DNA from: Verrucomicrobiia bacterium
GTDB lineage: Bacteria; Verrucomicrobiota; Verrucomicrobiia; Limisphaerales; UBA11358
DNA length: 54,022 bases
NCBI GenBank assembly: GCA_036268155.1
Contig: DATAUQ010000042.1
Location: 1-54,022, forward strand
Direction of reading: 5' to 3'
This document shows, one piece after another, positions 17,824-26,505 of this stretch. The translations under genes were made by a program, and so were the position numbers. Within the stretch, counting starts at the first letter, position 1. Each line of letters opens with the position of its first letter. The notes below the pieces were generated by a model. It was not told where the DNA came from. It saw only the letters and a program-made list of their open reading frames with translations, and did no database searches.

Positions 17824-17905
17824 TTTGCCACAGAGTCACAGAGACGCCGAGAAAAACTGAGAAATTAAATTTTTAACTCTGTGCCTCTGCGTCTCTGTGG
17901 CAAAT
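17823..17905. repeat. REP-like 'CACAGAG' palindromic hairpin filling the sufD-sufU spacer
   Basis: ATTTGCCACAGAG (17823-17835) pairs with CTCTGTGGCAAAT (17893-17905). Both arms continue with CACAGAGACGC/GCGTCTCTGTG-type units. Confidence 0.7.
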
Positions 17906-17911
17906 TGAATC

Positions 17912-18367
17912 ATGTTCGACGACATCAACGACCTTTATCAGCAGGTCATCCTTGACCACTGCAAGCAGCCGCGCAATTTCCACGAACTGCCCGCTGCCAC
18001 CTGCTCCGCGCAAGGGCGCAATCCGATCTGCGGCGACCAGTTGAAACTGTTTCTCACGCTCGACGGCGACACGATCAAGGACATCAGCTTCACCGGTTCG
18101 GGCTGCTGCATCTCCAAGGCGTCGGCGTCGCTGCTCACGGAATTTGCGAAGGGCAAAACGAAAACGGACGTGGAAAAAATATTCGGCCAGGTCCACGAAA
18201 TGGTCACGACGGGCAAAGTGAACGGCGACGTAGGCAAACTGACGGTGTTCGCGGGCGTCCACAAATATCCAGCGCGCGTGAAGTGCGCGATTCTCGCCTG
18301 GCACGCTGCAATGGCCGCGTTGAAAGGCGAGGCCGAGCCGGTAACGACGGAGTCGGAGCAGAATTGA
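17912..18367 (+). CDS. sufU: SUF-system NifU-family Fe-S scaffold SufU
   Basis: The sequence LYQQVILDHCKQPRNF...NPICGDQLKLFL...GSGCCISKASASLL...KYPARVKCAILAW contains the three conserved Cys positions of SufU/IscU-like proteins. Confidence 0.9.
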   Translation: MFDDINDLYQQVILDHCKQPRNFHELPAATCSAQGRNPICGDQLKLFLTLDGDTIKDISFTGSGCCISKASASLLTEFAKGKTKTDVEKIFGQVHEMVTTGKVNGDVGKLTVFAGVHKYPARVKCAILAWHAAMAALKGEAEPVTTESEQN

Positions 18368-18370
18368 CGT

Positions 18371-19495
18371 GTGAATCTTTCAATTCCTCGATTGGTTGTC
18401 CTTGATACAGCCACGATAAATTATTTGGCTGACAAACCAAATGATCCCGGCTCAAAAGAATTAATCAGCATCTTATCTAGCGGTGATTGGATTCCTTTTC
18501 TTACTTTAAATGTATTGGAAGAGATTGCCTGCCACGAAAACGATGCTGTGTTTCAAAGAAGATTTAACTCACTTTGCAGGTTCCCATTTGTTGCCTGTCT
18601 TCAAAATTCTCAACATGAAGCATTGGTTGGAAGTTCTCGCGACCTTCGTGTCTGCGAAGTGGATTTTCTGGCTGAAAATCCAAATGCTACGCATGACGAA
18701 ATTATTAGAACCTTGCGTCCCAAAGTGAATAGCGGATTTTATTCTGGCACAAAAATCGTGACTGAAAATAGAGAATGGTGGCAATTCTTCCGAAAAAATC
18801 TTGCTGAAATATCGAGGCGGAATAAATCAGAAGCAGCAAACCTGTCTCATTTTACAATTGCCGACATGGACGAGCCAATTCCGGCTAAAGGTGAACCTTT
18901 TCCAAAGCGATCCAGACAAGATGCTGCCGTGTTTATGAGTCAAAAGGCAAAATGGCTCGAACGCAAAGTGCGTGAAGATGGAGACCCACGCCACATTGAT
19001 CGAGTTACGATCACGGAATTTGTGAAGGATATTTGGGAAGGAGCGCAAAAATTCTTAACCGCCGAAGGGGACGTTGTTGAAGAATGGTTGAAGCAAGGAC
19101 GTGTAGATCGCTCTCGCCTACCAGCGAAAGCAACGACAGAAGATTTCGTATATGAAGGTGCGTTCGCTATGTGGATGGATTCTCACACTAAATTTCTCGT
19201 AGGCGATAAAAAAGAAAGAATGCGCTCAATTCGGAAAGAACAATTACCGTCGCTTGTAATATGGCAAGAATTGGATCGCCGAATAAGGCGGATGCCGAAG
19301 GCAGAACTTGGAAACGTCGCAGACAGACATATCGCAAGCTTTGTTCCCTACATCGATTTAATAAACGTGGATAAGCGCATAGCTGAAATTTTTCGGCAGC
19401 TAAACAAACAAAATAAATTATTTTTTGAAGCATACAAACGAGTGCCGAAAAAGCCAGGTTTGCCGGGGTTGATTGAAGCACTGAAGAAAAATTGA
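18371..19495 (+). CDS. AT-rich orphan, possible split PIN-like nuclease (function unknown)
   Basis: The N-terminus RLVVLDTATINYL...LNVLEEI and the C-terminus VADRHIASFVPYIDLINVDKRI reproduce the four acidic positions of a PIN fold, separated by a ~230-aa insert. GC is markedly lower than the flanks, and the gene has a GTG start. Confidence 0.4.
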   Translation: MNLSIPRLVVLDTATINYLADKPNDPGSKELISILSSGDWIPFLTLNVLEEIACHENDAVFQRRFNSLCRFPFVACLQNSQHEALVGSSRDLRVCEVDFLAENPNATHDEIIRTLRPKVNSGFYSGTKIVTENREWWQFFRKNLAEISRRNKSEAANLSHFTIADMDEPIPAKGEPFPKRSRQDAAVFMSQKAKWLERKVREDGDPRHIDRVTITEFVKDIWEGAQKFLTAEGDVVEEWLKQGRVDRSRLPAKATTEDFVYEGAFAMWMDSHTKFLVGDKKERMRSIRKEQLPSLVIWQELDRRIRRMPKAELGNVADRHIASFVPYIDLINVDKRIAEIFRQLNKQNKLFFEAYKRVPKKPGLPGLIEALKKN

Positions 19496-19518
19496 TTTCG
19501 CCTGCGTTTGCACTTGGG

Positions 19519-20961
19519 TCACTTCACATTCAATTCGCGCTGGATGCCGAATTTATCAATGCGTTTGCGCAGCGTCGCGCGCGTGATGCCGAGCAGTTTC
19601 GCGGCGTGAACCTGGTTGTCATTCGTTTCCTTCAACGCCTGGATCACGAGTTCGCGCTCGACGGCGGGAATCACCTTCAATTTCGGATCGCGCTTGGCCC
19701 ATTGAAACAGTTGTCGCGCGAGCGCGGCGGCGTCCGTCGCGGCGGCTTCGCCTGCGACTCCGGCGATTGGCGAAATCGCGCCGCCATTTTGACCGGAAAT
19801 TTCCGGCGGCAGGTCGCTCAACAGAATCGCGTCGCTCTTGGCCATGACGTGCGCGCGGCGGATGGCGTTCTCCAGTTCGCGCACATTGCCGGGCCAGTGA
19901 TATTTTTCCAAGGTCTTGATGACGCTGGCGGCGACGGATTTCGGCGGGCGTTTGAGTTCGCGCGCATTTTTTTCGAGAAAATAATTCACGAGCAGCGGGA
20001 TGTCGTCTGGCCGTTCGCGCAGCGGCGGAATGGGAATGCGCACGACGTTGAGGCGGTAAAACAAATCCTCGCGGAATTGTTTGGCGGCGACGGCGGCTTC
20101 GAGCGGCTTGTTCGTCGCAGCAATGACTCGCACGTCCACTTGGATCGGTTGATTTCCGCCGACGCGCTCGAACGTGCCGCTTTGCAAAACGCGCAGGATT
20201 TTCGTCTGCGTGGCGGGCGTCATGTCGCCGATTTCGTCGAGGAAAATCGTGCCTTTGTTGCATTGCTCGAATTTTCCGACGCGCTGGTTTGTCGCGCCTG
20301 TGAACGAGCCTTTTTCGTGGCCGAACAATTCGCTTTCCAAAAGTTGCTCGGGAATCGCGGCGCAATTGACCGCGAGGAACGGCTGCTGGCTGCGATTGCT
20401 GTGATGATAAATCGCGCGCGCCACCAATTCTTTTCCTGTGCCACTTTCGCCGGTGATGAGCGCGGTCGCGTCGCTGACGGCAACTTGTCCAATCAATTTG
20501 AAAACCTGTTGCATCGCTTGACTGCGCCCGACGATGCCTTGCTCGTAATCCTCGGATTCAAGCAACGGCTGATACGACACGACTTGTTTCATGTCGCGCG
20601 CGGCCTTGAGCGCGTTGCCGACAAGTTCCTTGATCTTCACCGCGTCGAACGGCTTGAGCAGGTAATCATACGCGCCGAGTTTCATCGCCTCAATGGCCGT
20701 CTGCGTCGTGCCGTAAGCGGTCATTAAAATGACGAGCTGCTTCGGATGGTTCGCGCGGATTTTGCGGAGCGTTTCGAGGCCGTTCATTCCGCCCATGCGC
20801 ACGTCCATCAGCACGAGGTCGGGCTTGAACTTGGGAATGACTTTGATTCCTTCTTCACCGGACGACGCGGTGGCCATTTCGATTTCCGGCGAATCAAAAA
20901 TCCGCTGGAACGAATACCGCACGTCTTCTTCGTCATCAATCAACAGGAGTTTGTTGCGCAT
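19519..20961 (-). CDS. Sigma-54-dependent response regulator (NtrC family: REC + AAA+ + Fis-type HTH)
   Basis: It has a REC domain (LLLIDDEEDVR...DLVLMDVRMGGMNG), Walker A GESGTGKE, the sigma-54 contact loop GSFTGA, and a C-terminal HTH (AAKLLGITRATLRKRI). No kinase gene is adjacent. Confidence 0.9.
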   Translation of the reverse strand: MRNKLLLIDDEEDVRYSFQRIFDSPEIEMATASSGEEGIKVIPKFKPDLVLMDVRMGGMNGLETLRKIRANHPKQLVILMTAYGTTQTAIEAMKLGAYDYLLKPFDAVKIKELVGNALKAARDMKQVVSYQPLLESEDYEQGIVGRSQAMQQVFKLIGQVAVSDATALITGESGTGKELVARAIYHHSNRSQQPFLAVNCAAIPEQLLESELFGHEKGSFTGATNQRVGKFEQCNKGTIFLDEIGDMTPATQTKILRVLQSGTFERVGGNQPIQVDVRVIAATNKPLEAAVAAKQFREDLFYRLNVVRIPIPPLRERPDDIPLLVNYFLEKNARELKRPPKSVAASVIKTLEKYHWPGNVRELENAIRRAHVMAKSDAILLSDLPPEISGQNGGAISPIAGVAGEAAATDAAALARQLFQWAKRDPKLKVIPAVERELVIQALKETNDNQVHAAKLLGITRATLRKRIDKFGIQRELNVK

Positions 20962-21058
20962 TTTGCGAAAGAATAGCGGATTTTCGGCACGCGCACAGCG
21001 AATTTTCATTATTTGACCTTGCCCGCTTCAACGCCTACACTCGCCGTCCTTTTTGAAC

Positions 21059-22657
21059 ATGAAAATTGTCGTTTGTGATCCGATTTCGCCGAGGGGAATT
21101 GCGCTGTTGCAGCAACGTCCTGAATTCAACGTCGTCGTCCTGCCAAAAAAATTACCGGAGGCGGAACTGATTCCGCTCGTGGCCGACGCCGTCGCGCTGG
21201 TCGTGCGTTCCGAAACCAAGGTGACCGCCAAAATCATCGCCGCCGCGCCGAAATTGCGCGTCGTCGGGCGCGCGGGCGTCGGCGTGGACAACGTGGACAT
21301 CGAGGCCGCCACGCAGCACGGCACGGTCGTGATGAACACGCCCGGCGGCAACACGGTGACGACGGCGGAGTTGAGTTTCGCGATGCTGCTTTCGCTCGCG
21401 CGCAAAGTGCCGCAGGCGCACGCGACGATGGTCGCCGGAAAATGGGACCGCAAATTGTTTCAAGGTGTTGAACTCGCGGGAAAAACTTTGGGCGTTTTGG
21501 GAATGGGCCGGATTGGAACGGAAGTCGCCAAGCGCGCCATCGCGTTTGGAATGAAAGTTGTCGCTTACGATCCTTATTTGACCGAAGAACGCGCGAAAGC
21601 CATCGGCGCGGAATTTGCCTCGAGCCTTGATGACGTTTATCTCAATTCAGATTTCATCACCGTCCATATGCCGGTGACAAAAGAGACGAGGGAAATGTTG
21701 AATGCGGCGGCGTTTGCGAAAATGAAGCCCGGCGTGAAGATTGTGAACTGCGCGCGCGGCGAAATCATTTCGGAAACGGATTTGATCGCCGCGCTCGAAT
21801 CCGGCAAAGTCGCCGGAGCCGCGCTGGACGTTTTTGCGGTCGAGCCGCTGCCCGCCGACCATCCGTATCGCAAGCAGCCGAATTTGATTCTCACGCCGCA
21901 CCTCGGCGCGAGCACCGAAGAAGCGCAGGAAAAATGCGGCATCGAAGTCGCGGAAGTCATCGCGGGCTATTTATTGACGGGCGAAGTCCGCAACGCTGTC
22001 AACTTGCCATATCTCGACGCGAAAACTTACGAGCAGGTGAAGCCGTATCTGCCGCTCGGCGAGGCGCTGGGCAAATTGCTCGCGCAACTTTCGCCGGAAA
22101 ATGCAGACCGCATTTACATCACTTACGGCGGCAATGCGCGATTGTTGCCGAATACCGATCCAGTGACGCGCGCTGTGCTGCAAGGATTTTTGGCCAATAA
22201 AAATTTGAAGGATTTGAACAACGTCAATGTCCGTTCCGCCGCCGCGAGCATCGGCATCACGGTCGAGGAAAAAAAATCGGACGAGCCGGTCACTTTCAAC
22301 GAATGGGTTCACGTCCAACTTTTCAGCGGCGCGAAAAAATTGGTTTCGGCGGGCGGAACATTTTTTGGTTCGCCGAACAATCCGCGCATCGTGCGTTTGT
22401 TCAGCCAGCCTGTGGAATTGCCGGTCACCGGCACGTTGCTGTTTTTGAACAATACGGACAAACCGGGCATTGTCGGACACCTCGGCACGTTGCTCGGAAA
22501 ACACAAAGTCAATATTGCGAGCATGAGCCTTTCGCGCGATACGGTGGGCGGACTGGCGTTGACGGTTTTGAGCCTGGACAGTGTGCCGTCGTCGGCGGTG
22601 CTCGAAGAACTGCAGAAAGACGCTGACATCAGCAATGTAAAAGTGGTAAAGTTGTAA
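21059..22657 (+). CDS. serA: D-3-phosphoglycerate dehydrogenase, long form with a C-terminal ACT domain
   Basis: It has the NAD-binding motif GVLGMGRIGTEVA, the catalytic region NCARGEII...HLGAST, and a ~200-aa regulatory extension. Confidence 0.9.
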   Translation: MKIVVCDPISPRGIALLQQRPEFNVVVLPKKLPEAELIPLVADAVALVVRSETKVTAKIIAAAPKLRVVGRAGVGVDNVDIEAATQHGTVVMNTPGGNTVTTAELSFAMLLSLARKVPQAHATMVAGKWDRKLFQGVELAGKTLGVLGMGRIGTEVAKRAIAFGMKVVAYDPYLTEERAKAIGAEFASSLDDVYLNSDFITVHMPVTKETREMLNAAAFAKMKPGVKIVNCARGEIISETDLIAALESGKVAGAALDVFAVEPLPADHPYRKQPNLILTPHLGASTEEAQEKCGIEVAEVIAGYLLTGEVRNAVNLPYLDAKTYEQVKPYLPLGEALGKLLAQLSPENADRIYITYGGNARLLPNTDPVTRAVLQGFLANKNLKDLNNVNVRSAAASIGITVEEKKSDEPVTFNEWVHVQLFSGAKKLVSAGGTFFGSPNNPRIVRLFSQPVELPVTGTLLFLNNTDKPGIVGHLGTLLGKHKVNIASMSLSRDTVGGLALTVLSLDSVPSSAVLEELQKDADISNVKVVKL

Positions 22658-22700
22658 AAATTATTGAACTGAATTGAACCCAAACCAATCGAACGACACC

Positions 22701-23825
22701 ATGAACAAAATGAAACTGATTTTTCCCGCCGCGCTCGCCGCGATTATTTTCGGAACAGTCTCCGCTCAAGCGGCGGCTAATCCCGCCAATGACGCGCCGG
22801 CCATCGCTGACACAAACGCGACGCCGTCGGCAACGATGGCTTCATTGTTTGGCGACCCGGTCATCGCCAAGGGCAAGGGCTTTGAGATCAAGCAAAGCGA
22901 ATTGGACGAGGTCGTTCTGGGCATCAAGTCCGCCGCTGCCGCGCACAACGAAACAATTCCGCAGGAACAAATGACGGCCATTGAGGCGCAGATGCTCAAC
23001 CGTTTGATCCAGATCCAAATTTTATTGCAACAAGCCACTGACGCGGACAAGGCCGAGGGCAAAATGAAAGCCGACCTGCAAATCAGTAATTTGCTGGAAC
23101 ACGCCGGTTCGCAAGAGACCTTTGACCGCCAGTTGAAAGCGGTGGGCATGACGCCGGTGGAACTTCGCAGCAAAATCACGCAGGAAGCGACGGCGACGGC
23201 GACCTTGACGCGCGCATTGGGAATTTCCGTGACCGATGCCGAGGCAAAACAGTATTACGCCGATCATCCGGCGGAATTTGAACAGCCGGAAACCGTGCAT
23301 ATCCGGCACATTTTACTTTTGACCATGGATCCCGTGACCCACGCGCCATTGCCCGCCGATCAAACGCAGGCCAAGCGCAAACAGATTGACGACATCCTCA
23401 AGCGCGCGAAAGCCGGCGAAGATTTTGCGACGCTGGCCACGCAGTATTCCGAGGACACCAGCTCAAAGGAAAAAGGCGGTGAACTGCCGGAATTGCCGCG
23501 CGACGCCCAAGGCATCCCGCCGGAACTTTTAGCGGCGGCATTTTCATTGAACACGAATCAGATCAGTGATGTTGTCACAATGGATATGGGTTATGACATC
23601 ATCAAACTGCTCGACAAAACCCCGGCGCAAAAAGTGGATTACGCGAAAATCGCCGACAGGATCAAAGATTACCTCGTGCAGCAAAAAACCCAAAAACTCG
23701 CACCGGCTTACCTGAATGATCTGAAAAAAAACTCAGGATCTGAAATTCTTGATCCTGATTTGAAGGCGGCTGCGGATGCGGCGGCGCTCGCCGCCGCCAC
23801 CAACGCGCCCGCCGCGACGCCATGA
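22701..23825 (+). CDS. Periplasmic parvulin-type peptidyl-prolyl isomerase (SurA/PrsA-like)
   Basis: It has a signal peptide, a SurA-like N-terminal chaperone region and a PpiC rotamase core (VHIRHILL...AKAGEDFATLATQYSED...GGELPE...GYDIIKLL). Confidence 0.8.
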   Translation: MNKMKLIFPAALAAIIFGTVSAQAAANPANDAPAIADTNATPSATMASLFGDPVIAKGKGFEIKQSELDEVVLGIKSAAAAHNETIPQEQMTAIEAQMLNRLIQIQILLQQATDADKAEGKMKADLQISNLLEHAGSQETFDRQLKAVGMTPVELRSKITQEATATATLTRALGISVTDAEAKQYYADHPAEFEQPETVHIRHILLLTMDPVTHAPLPADQTQAKRKQIDDILKRAKAGEDFATLATQYSEDTSSKEKGGELPELPRDAQGIPPELLAAAFSLNTNQISDVVTMDMGYDIIKLLDKTPAQKVDYAKIADRIKDYLVQQKTQKLAPAYLNDLKKNSGSEILDPDLKAAADAAALAAATNAPAATP

Positions 23826-23873
23826 TTGCGCGGGCTTGCCAAATCTGTTTGGGTGCGTCATGCTGAAAACGTT

Positions 23874-24632
23874 ATGAAGACAAAGATTGGAATTGTCATT
23901 CTCGCCGCGGTCTGCGTCGGCTTGCTTATCGCCTTGATCGCCACCAAAAAGGCGGCAGACGACCAGCGCAAAAGTGATGAGGACCACATCCTTGATTTCT
24001 CCAACCAGTTGGTCACCGCCCATACCAGTCTTGACGATTTGAACCAGGTCAACCTCATGTTGACGAACGACCTCGATTCCACCCGCCAGTCGCTCGTGGA
24101 TGTTTCCAACAATCTTGCGGAAACCTCCAGCGCGCTGACGGACACGAAAGCCTCGTTGCAAGGCGCTCAGGACCAGATCACCAACCTGAACAGCCGCATC
24201 ACCGACCTGGAAGCGCAAAACAAATCACTCGATGACCGCGCCACCGCGCTCGCCAGCACCATTCAGGCGCTGGATTCCCAGATCGCCGCCACGCAGGCGC
24301 AACTCGCCACGTCCGAGACCAACAACACCTTCCTCACCGCCGAGCTGCAAAAGCAGATGGCGCAAAGAGCCGAGCTGGAACACAAGTTCAATGACATTGA
24401 CCAAGTCCGCACGCAGGTCAAAAAATTACGCGACGAAGCGTTCGTCGCCCGCCGCCTGCAGTGGATGAGCAGTGGAAACAACCCTGCCCAGCCGCAAAAG
24501 GGCGCTCAACTTTTGATGCAACACACAGCGACCTCGACGAACACTGCCTCGCAATATGACCTGAACGTCGAAGTCGGCTCCGACGGCTCGATCCACGTCA
24601 TTCCGCCGGCCACCAATTCACCGGCGCACTGA
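23874..24632 (+). CDS. Membrane-anchored coiled-coil protein, function unknown
   Basis: It has an N-terminal TM segment (IGIVILAAVCVGLLIALIA) followed by ~180 aa of heptad-like Q/L/T-rich sequence. Confidence 0.6.
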   Translation: MKTKIGIVILAAVCVGLLIALIATKKAADDQRKSDEDHILDFSNQLVTAHTSLDDLNQVNLMLTNDLDSTRQSLVDVSNNLAETSSALTDTKASLQGAQDQITNLNSRITDLEAQNKSLDDRATALASTIQALDSQIAATQAQLATSETNNTFLTAELQKQMAQRAELEHKFNDIDQVRTQVKKLRDEAFVARRLQWMSSGNNPAQPQKGAQLLMQHTATSTNTASQYDLNVEVGSDGSIHVIPPATNSPAH

Positions 24633-24669
24633 ACCCGGTTTCGCGGAAAAAATTCCGCCGTAAATTTTC

Positions 24670-24987
24670 ATGCCGACCTACGAATACGCCTGCGAAAAAT
24701 GCGGCCACGAATTTGAAATCCTCCAGTCCATGTCCGCCCGGTCATTGAGCACCTGTCCCAAGGAACTTTGCGGCCAAAAAAAATGGGGACGCGGCAACGT
24801 GAAAAGAAAAATCAGCACCGGCGGCGGATTGCTTTTCAAAGGCAGCGGTTTTTACATCACCGACTATCGCAGCGAAAAATACAAGGACGCGGCCAAAAAA
24901 GATTCCGCGCCCGCCAAGGCTCCCGCTGGCGACGCCAAACCCGCCCCGGCACCGGCCAAACCGGCGACCAAGGCAGATAAAAAATGA
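24670..24987 (+). CDS. FmdB-family zinc-ribbon protein (CxxC_CxxC_SSSS)
   Basis: It begins MPTYEYACEKCGHEFEILQSM...CPKELCG and has an Ala/Pro/Lys-rich tail. Confidence 0.8.
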   Translation: MPTYEYACEKCGHEFEILQSMSARSLSTCPKELCGQKKWGRGNVKRKISTGGGLLFKGSGFYITDYRSEKYKDAAKKDSAPAKAPAGDAKPAPAPAKPATKADKK

Positions 24988-26432
24988 AAACGCCGCTGTA
25001 TCGTTGCACCGTTGCATCGTTGCATCGGTTTCACGATTCAACGATCCAACGATTCAACGGTTTCGCGATCCGGCCCGCTTTTATTCTTTGCGTCCTGTTT
25101 TTTTCACTGCACGCCTGCGCGCAATTTTCCCCGCCGGGACAAAATTCAGCCCGCAGCATTTCCGGCCAGTTCATCGTCAACGGCACGGCGCAATTTTCCC
25201 CGCTGGCCAGCTCACCGCGCATCGCCGCCGATACAAATCTGGTCCGGCTTGAACCCGCCCTGCTCGCTGTTTCCGCCGAACGTGTCAAACAATTGCTCTG
25301 GCACCGGCTCGAGATCAAGACCGACATCCCGTGGCGCGGCCAGGTTTTTTTTGCGCTGCATCCGGCCAGGTCAACGGACGAGGACATCACCATTTTTTCC
25401 CGGCATTCCGCCGATGGCTGGAATTATCAAGTCCAGTTGCCCGACGTCTTGTCACGCACACGCCTCGCGCAGGCGCTGACCGGCGTGCTGTTGCTGGAAT
25501 TCGCCAACCGCAATGCGTCGGCGCATTCCGCCGAAATTCCCGCGTGGCTCACCGACGGCCTCTCGCAGCAACTGCTCGCCGCCGGTTCGCCCGAGTTTAT
25601 TTTGTCCTCGCCGGACAAAGTCGTGAACGGCCTGCCGGCCACGCGGATTGATTTGACTGAACGCAGCGTGGATTCGCTGGCTGCCGCCCGGCGAGTGCTG
25701 AAAAATTCCGCCATGCTGACGTTCGAGGAATTAAGCTGGCCCACCGACGCGCAATTGAACGGCGGCGACGGCGGTATATATCCCGCCAGCGCACAGGTTT
25801 TTACGGACGCGCTTTTGGATTTGAAGAACGGCCCCGCGAATTTGCGCGCGATGCTGGAAACGCTGCCGCAATTTTACAACTGGCAGCTCGCCTTTCAGTC
25901 GGCGTTCCGCGCGGCCTTTCCAAGGCCGCTGGACTTGGAAAAATGGTGGGCGTTGCAGGTCGTCAGCTTCGCCGCCCATGATCCGGGTCCGGGCTGGACA
26001 CCGATGGTGAGCCGCGAAAAACTCGACGAGATTTTGAGCGTGCCGGTGGAGCTGCGCACCGCATCAAACAGCCTGCCCGCGCACGCGGAAATTTCCCTGC
26101 AAGCCGTCATCCGCAATCTGGATGCCGCGCGGCAGGCGGAAATTCTCCAGACCAAATTGCGCGACCTCGGGCTGGCGCAACTCCGCGTGGCCCCGCAATT
26201 CGCCGCCTTGACCGATGGCTACCGGCGCGCGATTGGCGGTTATCTGGGCGAACTTCACGTCACCACGTCTGCGTCGGGCCGGAACGGACACGCGTCGGCC
26301 ATGCTGAAGAGAACCAGCACGCGCGACACGCTGAAAAAACTCGACGCGCTTGACGCCCAGCGGCGAACGATTGAATCCACAGTCAAACCCGACATATTCG
26401 TCCCGCCAAGCCTTGCGACCGTGAAATTTTAA
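24984..26432 (+). CDS. Secreted hypothetical protein (482 aa)
   Basis: The ATG overlaps the preceding stop (ATGA). It has a hydrophobic signal-like segment AFILCVLFFSLHACAQ. Codons ~6-29 are encoded by a REP-like repeat. I recognise no family. Confidence 0.6.
   Translation: MKTPLYRCTVASLHRFHDSTIQRFNGFAIRPAFILCVLFFSLHACAQFSPPGQNSARSISGQFIVNGTAQFSPLASSPRIAADTNLVRLEPALLAVSAERVKQLLWHRLEIKTDIPWRGQVFFALHPARSTDEDITIFSRHSADGWNYQVQLPDVLSRTRLAQALTGVLLLEFANRNASAHSAEIPAWLTDGLSQQLLAAGSPEFILSSPDKVVNGLPATRIDLTERSVDSLAAARRVLKNSAMLTFEELSWPTDAQLNGGDGGIYPASAQVFTDALLDLKNGPANLRAMLETLPQFYNWQLAFQSAFRAAFPRPLDLEKWWALQVVSFAAHDPGPGWTPMVSREKLDEILSVPVELRTASNSLPAHAEISLQAVIRNLDAARQAEILQTKLRDLGLAQLRVAPQFAALTDGYRRAIGGYLGELHVTTSASGRNGHASAMLKRTSTRDTLKKLDALDAQRRTIESTVKPDIFVPPSLATVKF
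25001..25070. repeat. REP-like 'TCGTTGCA / TCAACGAT' imperfect palindrome lying inside a coding N-terminus
   Basis: TCGTTGCACCGTTGCATCGTTGCATCGG...CGATTCAACGATCCAACGATTCAACGG forms the palindrome. Related units occur at 37376-37437 and 48309-48330. Confidence 0.65.
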
Positions 26433-26463
26433 CTTGAACGCGCTTGGATTGAAATCGGCCAAC

Positions 26464-26491
26464 TTGACAGACGACAATTCGATTTTATAGT
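26464..26491 (+). promoter_or_regulatory. Near-consensus sigma-70-type promoter candidate for kamA
   Basis: TTGACA (26464-26469), a 16-nt spacer and TATAGT (26486-26491) are present. The first ATG at 26506 would leave only a very short leader. Confidence 0.35.
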
Positions 26492-26505
26492 GAATCCACT
26501 TGAAC

